From assembly GCA_017625615.1 (NCBI GenBank), contig JAGAKP010000060.1:24005-88004 (forward strand): a stretch of DNA of 64,000 nt, given 5' to 3'. Of this stretch, positions 26,688-33,433 are shown piece after piece. Numbering within the stretch: position 1 is the first letter of the stretch; each line of letters starts with the position of its first letter. The stretch comes from Clostridia bacterium. GTDB taxonomy: Bacteria > Bacillota > Clostridia > Oscillospirales > CAG-382. The notes under the pieces were generated by a model. That model was not told where the DNA came from, made no database searches, and saw only the letters and a list, made by a program, of their open reading frames with translations. A program made the translations under genes and the position numbers.

Positions 26688-27497
26688 TTAAGCGGAAAGA
26701 TATTTTTTGTTAAATTCTTTTACAACAGATTTTATAGAAACATCAATTCTACCATCACAAAAACGCTTAATATGCTCGGGAATCTCTTTATAATAAGCCT
26801 CGGCAATCCCACCGGCTATGCACGCCTGTGTGTCAGCATCGCCGCCAAGAGAGATTGCATTTCTGATTGCGCTTTCATAATCCGTCGATTCCAAAAATGC
26901 AATAATAGCAGGAGGAACGCTATATGACGTACGGCTATCAAACACGTGCGTTTCTTTGATGGTGGAAAGCGGCGTTGACAGCTTGTATTTGAAGGATTTT
27001 TCCAAATACGCTTTAATTTGCTCCTTGCCCGAACCGTTTCGTGCCAAAAAGATTGCTGCGGCAACCGCTTGCGCTCCGTAGATAGCCTCTCGGTGATTGT
27101 GGGTAGAAAGGCAGCTTGCTTTTGCTTGCAAAAGCGTTTGTTCTAACGAATCATACGCATATCCGATCGGGATAACACGCATCGATGCGCCGTTAGCATA
27201 ACTGTGTCCGTTTCTTGCGTATGGGTTCTTCGCCCAAGCAGAAAACATATTGCCAAATCCTGCGTGTGGGTGATACGAATAATATTGACGGTATTGTGAG
27301 GCGTATTCTTTTGCTCGCGCGCGAAGAGTCCATTTGGATATTTCGGAGGGATTGTTGAGAATTGCCTTGCAGACTGCTGCGATCAATACGCTATCATCTG
27401 TAAAAAAGCTGTCTTTGTTAAACTCAAAATTGTAATCCTTTGTACAATGAACCTCATAATACGAACCGATAACATCGCCATATATTGCTCCGAACAT
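26688..27497 (-). CDS. ADP-ribosylglycohydrolase family protein
   Basis: 269 aa. N-terminal GAIYGDVIGSYYE and C-terminal LGGDADTQACIAGGIAEAYY. These are the two metal-site motifs of the ARH/DraG fold. Confidence 0.88.
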   Translation of the reverse strand: MFGAIYGDVIGSYYEVHCTKDYNFEFNKDSFFTDDSVLIAAVCKAILNNPSEISKWTLRARAKEYASQYRQYYSYHPHAGFGNMFSAWAKNPYARNGHSYANGASMRVIPIGYAYDSLEQTLLQAKASCLSTHNHREAIYGAQAVAAAIFLARNGSGKEQIKAYLEKSFKYKLSTPLSTIKETHVFDSRTSYSVPPAIIAFLESTDYESAIRNAISLGGDADTQACIAGGIAEAYYKEIPEHIKRFCDGRIDVSIKSVVKEFNKKYLSA

Positions 27498-27509
27498 TGC
27501 CTCACCGCC

Positions 27510-27570
27510 TTTCTGACATCATTATACCACAACTTTGTAAGTCTTGCAAGCGTGTATGAAATCAAGGCGA
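27510..27570 (-). promoter_or_regulatory. promoter/RBS module, copy 2
   Basis: TTGCAA (27549-27544), 17-nt spacer, TGgTATAAT (27526-27521), then GAAAGGCGGTGAGGCA and the ATG. Confidence 0.75.
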
Positions 27571-27640
27571 AGCGATGCATGGAATCAATCCGAAGGAAGA
27601 TATGCGCTTGCGCGTGATTCCATGCTTGCAACGAGTCCTA
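27553..27640. repeat. truncated copy of the hairpin array
   Basis: Shares GTGTATGAAATCAAGGCG and a 44-nt block with 28803-28846 (2 substitutions). GCATGGAAT (27577-27585) pairs with ATTCCATGC (27617-27625). Confidence 0.8.
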
Positions 27641-27645
27641 TGTAA

Positions 27646-28584
27646 TCATTCGAAGTAATACAAATAGTCGTTATAAGTATAATGATCTTTGCTTTGTTCT
27701 TCGTATTTTTCGCAAACGTTAGTGTAGTCACGAGAACGGCTTGTTCTTTCAGTATCATCCTCGGTATAGAAAAACAAATCGCTTTTCTGTGTTATAATAA
27801 CGTCTTTTGTGCAGAACAGTTCGCCGGGGGCATTTCCCACAGGGCACATATTTCCATGTCGGCAGGTCAGACAGCATTGAATCTTGACGTTATCCGGCAA
27901 CTTTTTTTGAAGGTCGGCAAATGCATCCACCCAAAGAAAATCATTGCCATATCCCCAAATTTCTTTTTCGCCATATTTGATGCCAACGGAAACGGACGGT
28001 CCTTCTATTTTGTCACCCCCAAAAGAATATATATCTTCATCGTGGCAGATAATGCGCGCATCAAGCTCGCATTTTCCGTTTGCCGTTGAAAGCGTGATCG
28101 TTCTTTTATACTGCCTATGTAATTCGTACCATGCCTTTTTACGATAATCATCCCATTCTATCTCAACGTTAGAAAAGAGAAAACGTACAGAAAAATAAGG
28201 ATCAATTCCAAGTGCACCAAGTTCGTAGATATCATTTTCCAAAACAATTCCCATAACAGTAATTGAGTTTTTCAATTCGTTTTCAAACATACTGCGAGCA
28301 ACTGCTCCGGTGTGAATAATCAGAGGATCATCTGTATAATATTTCCCGTTTTCGTCTGTTTTCCAAGTGCGGCTTGGCTCGAATTCCTTTATTTGAAACC
28401 CGCGAAAAGTAATACGTGCTTCGGATATTTCCATATCTGCATCTGCATTGTTTGGTGCGGCATCTTTATGAACGTTCAAATATTTAGCGGAAACAATCAA
28501 ACGATTATCTTCCCAAGAGATAAGGGATAACTCGGCATCGTGAAACTCAAAATCTTGAAGTCGATTATTTGAAGAATAGTGCAT
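27646..28584 (-). CDS. hypothetical 312-aa protein with a C-terminal Cys cluster
   Basis: AAGGAG RBS. Contains CCLTCRHGNMCPVGNAPGELFC. I recognise no family. Confidence 0.6.
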   Translation of the reverse strand: MHYSSNNRLQDFEFHDAELSLISWEDNRLIVSAKYLNVHKDAAPNNADADMEISEARITFRGFQIKEFEPSRTWKTDENGKYYTDDPLIIHTGAVARSMFENELKNSITVMGIVLENDIYELGALGIDPYFSVRFLFSNVEIEWDDYRKKAWYELHRQYKRTITLSTANGKCELDARIICHDEDIYSFGGDKIEGPSVSVGIKYGEKEIWGYGNDFLWVDAFADLQKKLPDNVKIQCCLTCRHGNMCPVGNAPGELFCTKDVIITQKSDLFFYTEDDTERTSRSRDYTNVCEKYEEQSKDHYTYNDYLYYFE

Positions 28585-28613
28585 ACTCGTACTCCTTTCA
28601 TCGTTCTGATTTG

Positions 28614-28642
28614 ATTATATCACATTTTTGTAAACATTTCAA
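28614..28642 (-). promoter_or_regulatory. sigma-A promoter of the 312-aa gene
   Basis: TTGAAA, 17-nt spacer, TATAAT on the minus strand. Confidence 0.6.
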
Positions 28643-28722
28643 CCGTATCGCCGGTCCGAATCTGTCTACAGACCCGAAATGCCCGAAATGCATCTATAAA
28701 ATTTCGCACCTCGCATCTCAAT

Positions 28723-28922
28723 CACGCCATAGGCGTGTATGAAATCAAGGCGGAGCCTTGCATGGAATTGCGACGAAGTCGCGTATGGAATCATCACGAA
28801 GTGATGCATGGAATCAATCCGAAGGAAGATACACGCTTGCGCGTGATGCCATGCCGTCGCTTTGCGACGGATTCCATACAACGCGCGGGGCGCGTTGATG
28901 CCATACCAATCCTTCGGATTGG
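28723..28922. repeat. array of nine short hairpins separated by ATGGAAT/ATTCCAT/ATGCCAT spacers
   Basis: Hairpins have 5-8 bp stems and 3-4 nt loops (mostly GAA/TTC) about every 22-25 bp. Long-range complementarity joins 28783-28792 to 28870-28879 and 28806-28811 to 28849-28854. Confidence 0.85.
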
Positions 28923-28926
28923 ATAG

Positions 28927-28954
28927 AAAAAAGCACGCTCGCGCGTGCTTTTTT
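28927..28954. terminator. bidirectional terminator 3' of tRNA-Gln
   Basis: A6-GCACGC tcgc GCGTGC-T6. Confidence 0.8.
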
Positions 28955-28955
28955 C

Positions 28956-29030
28956 TGGCAGGGATAGCTGGATTCGGACCAGCGAATGACGGAGTCAAAG
29001 TCCGTTGCCTTACCGCTTGGCTATATCCCT
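28956..29030 (-). tRNA. tRNA-Gln (anticodon UUG), CCA encoded, atypical T-loop
   Basis: My manual cloverleaf is AGGGATA-TA-GCC-AAGCGGTAA-GGC-A-ACGGA-CTTTGAC-TCCGT-CATTC-GCTGG-TCCGAAT-CCAGC-TATCCCT-G-CCA. It is nearly identical in the D and anticodon arms to the Bacillus tRNA-Gln as I recall it. The T-loop is UCCGAAU instead of UUCGAAU. Confidence 0.85.
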
Positions 29031-29049
29031 GTATTCTCTTTGCCAAAAG

Positions 29050-29078
29050 ATTATATAACAAATCCCCGCGTTTGTCAA
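29050..29078 (-). promoter_or_regulatory. consensus sigma-A promoter of tRNA-Gln
   Basis: TTGACA (29078-29073), 17-nt spacer, TATAAT (29055-29050), about 20 nt upstream of the tRNA 5' end. Confidence 0.75.
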
Positions 29079-29121
29079 GAGAAATAAAAGGACGATTACT
29101 TTTATAAACCTGCCCCTTTTA

Positions 29122-29150
29122 TTGCATTTTACTCTTTTTCGTGGTACAAT
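29122..29150 (+). promoter_or_regulatory. promoter of the GH127-like gene
   Basis: TTGCAT, 17-nt spacer, TGgTACAAT. Confidence 0.55.
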
Positions 29151-29182
29151 ATACCAAACTTACGAAATACGAGGTGCTTTTT

Positions 29183-30997
29183 ATGAAAAAGTGGTCTTTA
29201 TATACATCAAAAGAAATAAAGCCTGCGGGCTGGCTCAAAAAACAGCTTGAGCTTCAGGCGAGCGCGTTGAGCGGAAACCTGCACAAAATATGGCCCGACG
29301 TACGCGACAGCAAGTGGATCGGCGGTACCGCAGAGGGATGGGAGCGCGTTCCCTATTGGCTTGACGGATTTATCCCCATGGCGTATCTTCTTGAGGATGA
29401 GTCTCTTATTTCCACCGCGAAAAAGTATATGGACGCCATAATCTCCTTCCAGAAGCCCGACGGATGGCTTTGCCCCTGCGAGGACGACCGCCGTCCCTTT
29501 TACGATACGTGGGCGGTATTGCTTCTTGCCAAGGTGCTTACCGTATATTATCAGTGCTCGGGCGAGGAAAAGATAATAAAGGTACTTTACGATATGCTCA
29601 AAAACTATCACGGTCTGTTAAAGGACGGCACCGTGAAGCTCTTTGACTGGGGTAAATATCGCTGGTACGAGGGATTTATCGCCATCGAATTTCTGTACGG
29701 AAAATGCGGCGAGGAATGGCTTTTAGACCTTGCCAAAATATTAAAAGAGCAGGGTATGGATTACGATACCGTTACCGATCAGTGGGTGCGCCCGTTAAAC
29801 AAATGGACCTTTGATACCCACATAGTAAACCTTGCTATGATGCTTAAGTCCGAGGCTGTTTCCTGCGACCTGCTCGGCGAGGAATACACCGATAAAGCCC
29901 AATATTATTACGATATTCTCAATAAATACAACGGAATGCCCGCAGGCACCTTTACGGGGGACGAGTGCCTTTCCGGCATAAGCCCCATTCAGGGCGCGGA
30001 GCTTTGCTCCGTGGTGGAATTGATGTACTGCTACGAGCTTCTCTACGCCTATACCGGCGACAAAAAGTGGGCTGAAAAGCTGGAAACGCTCGCCTTTAAC
30101 GCACTTCCCGCCGCCATAAGCGACGATATGTGGGCGCACCAGTACGTACAGCAGAGTAATCAGATCGCCTGCATACGCTTCCCGGGAAAATCCGTTTTCC
30201 GCACCAACAACAGCGAAGCCCACCTTTTCGGGCTTGAGCCCAACTACGGCTGCTGCACCGCAAACTTCAGCCAGGGCTGGCCGAAGCTTGCCCTTTCCGC
30301 CTTTATGTTCAGAGGGGATAAGGTAATAAGCGCATTCCCCGTTCCCTCAACCCTTAATACGGATGCGGTAAGTATTTCGCTGGAAACCGATTATCCCTTT
30401 GAAAACACCTTCAAATACACCGTAAAAGCGGTCAAGGATACCACTCTCGTACTCCGCGTGCCCACCTTCGCCTCCGATTACCTTGTAAACGGCGAAAAGG
30501 TGTGGGTAGAGGAGGTCTCCGTCCCCGTCAAGGCGGGGGAAACCAAGGTTTTGGACGTTTCCTTTACCGCAACCCCCGTTATCGAAAAGCGTCCCCTTGA
30601 TCTTAACGCGGTAAGATACGGCTCCCTTTTGTTTGCTTTGCCTATAAAATACGATACCGTTATAAAGGAATACGAGCGCGACGGCGTGGAAAGAAAATTC
30701 CCCTATTGCGATTACGAATATCACCCCCAATCCAAGTGGAATTACGGCTTTGCAGATACCGTTCTTTCGGTAGAGCAGCGTAAGGTGAGCGATATTCCCT
30801 TCTCGTCCGTAAATCCGCCCTTGGTAATAAAGGCGTTCGTTAAGGAAATAGAGTGGGGCTACGCCGACGGATACGAGACCGTCTGTGCAAAGGTGCCCGA
30901 AAGCGTAAAAGCTATCGGAGAACGGCAGCAAGTTGAGCTTTACCCGTACGGCTGTGCAAAGCTCCGTATGACCGAGCTTCCCTTTGCAGAGGAATAG
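29183..30997 (+). CDS. GH127/DUF1680-like glycoside hydrolase (beta-L-arabinofuranosidase family)
   Basis: The ATG at 29183 has a GAGGTG RBS. GAELCS (E-x-C) and YGCCTANF (C-C) lie about 80 aa apart, matching the Glu/Cys/Cys-Cys zinc and catalytic arrangement of GH127 as I recall it. Confidence 0.65.
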   Translation: MKKWSLYTSKEIKPAGWLKKQLELQASALSGNLHKIWPDVRDSKWIGGTAEGWERVPYWLDGFIPMAYLLEDESLISTAKKYMDAIISFQKPDGWLCPCEDDRRPFYDTWAVLLLAKVLTVYYQCSGEEKIIKVLYDMLKNYHGLLKDGTVKLFDWGKYRWYEGFIAIEFLYGKCGEEWLLDLAKILKEQGMDYDTVTDQWVRPLNKWTFDTHIVNLAMMLKSEAVSCDLLGEEYTDKAQYYYDILNKYNGMPAGTFTGDECLSGISPIQGAELCSVVELMYCYELLYAYTGDKKWAEKLETLAFNALPAAISDDMWAHQYVQQSNQIACIRFPGKSVFRTNNSEAHLFGLEPNYGCCTANFSQGWPKLALSAFMFRGDKVISAFPVPSTLNTDAVSISLETDYPFENTFKYTVKAVKDTTLVLRVPTFASDYLVNGEKVWVEEVSVPVKAGETKVLDVSFTATPVIEKRPLDLNAVRYGSLLFALPIKYDTVIKEYERDGVERKFPYCDYEYHPQSKWNYGFADTVLSVEQRKVSDIPFSSVNPPLVIKAFVKEIEWGYADGYETVCAKVPESVKAIGERQQVELYPYGCAKLRMTELPFAEE

Positions 30998-31001
30998 AAA
31001 T

Positions 31002-32156
31002 ATGCAAAAAATAAAAGAATATCTTTGTAAAATGCTTGACGAGGGCTGTGCAAGGCTTATTATAAGCAACCCTGTGTCAAAGCAGCAGGAATACAAAAAA
31101 ATAACCGCCGAAAAAAAGAAAACGGGGTACCAGATATCCAAGTACACCGAAAAGCAGGTGTTCCACGAAAATCTGTCCTTTTCGGATACCGCGGAAAAGT
31201 GTGCCGCCCTCGTACACGGTGCCTTTAAGCAGGTAAACGGCTTTTCCGAGGAAAAGGAGCATATCCTGCTTATTTCCAAAAAGGGTGAATGCCGTTATAC
31301 CGTAAAGGGCGGAAGCGGTAAAAAGGTGGATACCGACCATAACCGCCAAAAGAATTATATCCTTGCGGAGGGTGTTTCCGTGCCGCCCCTTGTGGATATG
31401 GGCGTGTTCACCAAGGACGGCAAGGTAATTAATTCAATGTACCGCAAGTATAAGCAGATAAACCGCTTCCTCGAAACCGTTGACGACGAGATAAGCGGCT
31501 TTAAGGCGGACACTTTAAACGTAATAGATTTCGGCTGCGGAAAATCATATCTCACCTTCGTGCTGTATTATTATCTTACGGAAATAAAGGGCATTAAGGT
31601 AAATATGGTAGGTCTTGACCTTAAAAAGGACGTCATCGAAAAATGCAATCTCGCTTCCCAAAAATACGGCTACGACGGTCTGTGCTTTGAGCTTGGCGAT
31701 ATCAACGGCTACAAAGCCCCCTTCGAGGTGGATATGGTGGTCACCCTCCACGCCTGCGATACCGCAACGGATTTTGCCTTGTACAACGCCGTTAATTGGG
31801 GTGCCAGGATGATATTTTCCGTGCCCTGCTGTCAGCACGAGTTGAACGGGCAGATAAAGCCCGCCTCTCTGGATATCCTTTCCCGCTACGGAATAATACA
31901 GGAGCGCTTTTGCGCCCTCGCCACCGATGCGGTAAGAGGAAACATCCTCGAATATTGCGGGTACAAAACCCAGATAATGGAGTTTATCGACCTTGACCAT
32001 ACCCCGAAAAACATCCTTATCCGCGCGGTAAAGCGTCCGTCAACCCCCGAAAAAACAAAGAAAAAAGCCCTCGAAGAGATAAACGCGCTTATAAACCAAT
32101 TCGGCTTCGAGCCAACGCTTTATAAGCTTTTAATACGAAAAAATGACACGGTTTAA
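31002..32156 (+). CDS. class I SAM-dependent methyltransferase
   Basis: VIDFGCGKSYLT (motif I) and MVGLDLK (motif II). I chose the ATG at 31002, after the upstream stop. Confidence 0.75.
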   Translation: MQKIKEYLCKMLDEGCARLIISNPVSKQQEYKKITAEKKKTGYQISKYTEKQVFHENLSFSDTAEKCAALVHGAFKQVNGFSEEKEHILLISKKGECRYTVKGGSGKKVDTDHNRQKNYILAEGVSVPPLVDMGVFTKDGKVINSMYRKYKQINRFLETVDDEISGFKADTLNVIDFGCGKSYLTFVLYYYLTEIKGIKVNMVGLDLKKDVIEKCNLASQKYGYDGLCFELGDINGYKAPFEVDMVVTLHACDTATDFALYNAVNWGARMIFSVPCCQHELNGQIKPASLDILSRYGIIQERFCALATDAVRGNILEYCGYKTQIMEFIDLDHTPKNILIRAVKRPSTPEKTKKKALEEINALINQFGFEPTLYKLLIRKNDTV

Positions 32157-32176
32157 CGCCGTGTCAATTTTTTATT
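32144..32176. terminator. bidirectional terminator overlapping the methyltransferase stop
   Basis: TGACACGG / CCGTGTCA stem with an A-run before and a T-run after. Confidence 0.7.
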
Positions 32177-32186
32177 TTTGGGGTTG

Positions 32187-32714
32187 TTAAAAATGCTTTC
32201 TGTATCCGTCAACGAGGATCTTTCCGTGGTCGGAGGCGATATCTGCGCTCTTTCCGTCGGGGGAAAGGTGCAGTACGATATCCCCGTGGGTGAGGGTAAA
32301 GCCCTTTTCGGAATGGGAAATATCAAACCACCGCGCATCCGCCGCATCGTCGCCCGCCTCGGTCTTGGGCATTTTTTCAAGGACCTGAGTAAATGCAACG
32401 GTTATTATGCGGGTACGGGGATCTCTTTTGGGGTCGGAATAGGTGCGGAGCTGCTCGGGGGAGGCTTCAACTCCCGTTTCCTCCATCAATTCACGGCTTG
32501 CCGCCTGCTCGCAGGTTTCGTTCATTTCAACGAATCCGCCGGGCAGTGCCCACGTATCTATAAAGGGGTGGTTTGCTCTTTTTATTAAAAGCACCTTGCC
32601 CTCGCAAAATATAACCATATCCACCGTCACCGAGGGACGCTCGAATTTTCTCGGATCGTATGCAGCGAGAAATTCCGCCTCCGTCTGTCCCAAAGCGTTT
32701 CTCTTTTCGCTCAT
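32187..32714 (-). CDS. NUDIX hydrolase
   Basis: Nudix box GGFVEMNETCEQAASRELMEETGV. Confidence 0.88.
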   Translation of the reverse strand: MSEKRNALGQTEAEFLAAYDPRKFERPSVTVDMVIFCEGKVLLIKRANHPFIDTWALPGGFVEMNETCEQAASRELMEETGVEASPEQLRTYSDPKRDPRTRIITVAFTQVLEKMPKTEAGDDAADARWFDISHSEKGFTLTHGDIVLHLSPDGKSADIASDHGKILVDGYRKHF

Positions 32715-32728
32715 TTCAAGTACCGCCT

Positions 32729-33433
32729 TTATAAAGGTTTTTTCATAATTCTGCCGTTTGCTCTCGGATATTCTGCGGGAGTGGCTGAAATCTTTTTAAT
32801 AACTATCACCGTATGGCTTCTTTCAAAAACGGGGATAGGAGTGTCGATAACCTCTGCTTCTCCGCCGCCCAGCGTCTTTATGGCGCGGCGTGCTTCTTCC
32901 AGCTCTTCTCTGCCGCGGTTGCCCTTCATGGCGATAAAGTATCCGCCCTTTTTAACAAGAGGCATACACCATTCGCACAGCACGTTAAGACGGGCTACCC
33001 CGCGGGAAACGGCAATATCGTATTTTTCTCGGTGCTCGCCCTTTCCGGCTTCCTCTGCGCGGGCGCAAAGGGTGGTTATGTTGTTTATGCCCGCATCGTG
33101 TGCGGTTTCTTCAACAAATCTCAGCTTTTTTGCAGTGCTGTCCAATCCCGTAAAGGTGCAGTCGGGAGCGCATATTGCCAAAGGAAAGGTAGGAAACCCT
33201 CCTCCGCATCCAACGTCAATAACGCTTTTTCCCTTAAAAAGTCCCGTTTTTAAGGGGGAGAGGGAATCCACGAAATGCAGAAGCGCAATTTCCTCGTCCG
33301 TCTTAAGATCGGTCACGTTAAGATTTCCCTCTATGCGCTTAAGCCCCTCCGCCACAGCGTAAAACTGCTTCTCCTGCTCCTCGGTAAAGGGGATGGGGGA
33401 ATATTTTTTTGTAATATCAATTATGTTTTTCAT
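32729..33433 (-). CDS. rsmG: 16S rRNA (guanine527-N7)-methyltransferase
   Basis: 234 aa. Motif DVGCGGGFP. Lies downstream of mnmG. Confidence 0.9.
   Translation of the reverse strand: MKNIIDITKKYSPIPFTEEQEKQFYAVAEGLKRIEGNLNVTDLKTDEEIALLHFVDSLSPLKTGLFKGKSVIDVGCGGGFPTFPLAICAPDCTFTGLDSTAKKLRFVEETAHDAGINNITTLCARAEEAGKGEHREKYDIAVSRGVARLNVLCEWCMPLVKKGGYFIAMKGNRGREELEEARRAIKTLGGGEAEVIDTPIPVFERSHTVIVIKKISATPAEYPRANGRIMKKPL

Noticed and set aside
28723-28922. CRISPR array?
   Set aside because: The periodicity is only 22-25 bp, the conserved parts are 8-mers, and the variable parts are themselves palindromes. There is no leader and no cas genes. The same reasoning applies to the 14-bp tandem units at 22675-22758.
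28666-29061. 131-aa minus-strand ORF
   Set aside because: It overlaps tRNA-Gln, its terminator and the hairpin array. Its reading frame is a by-product of GC-rich palindromes.
22000-29100. Prophage, ICE or IS element
   Set aside because: No integrase, recombinase, transposase, terminal inverted repeats, or phage structural or replication genes can be recognised in any frame. The region is called accessory only on composition, orphan content and repeats.
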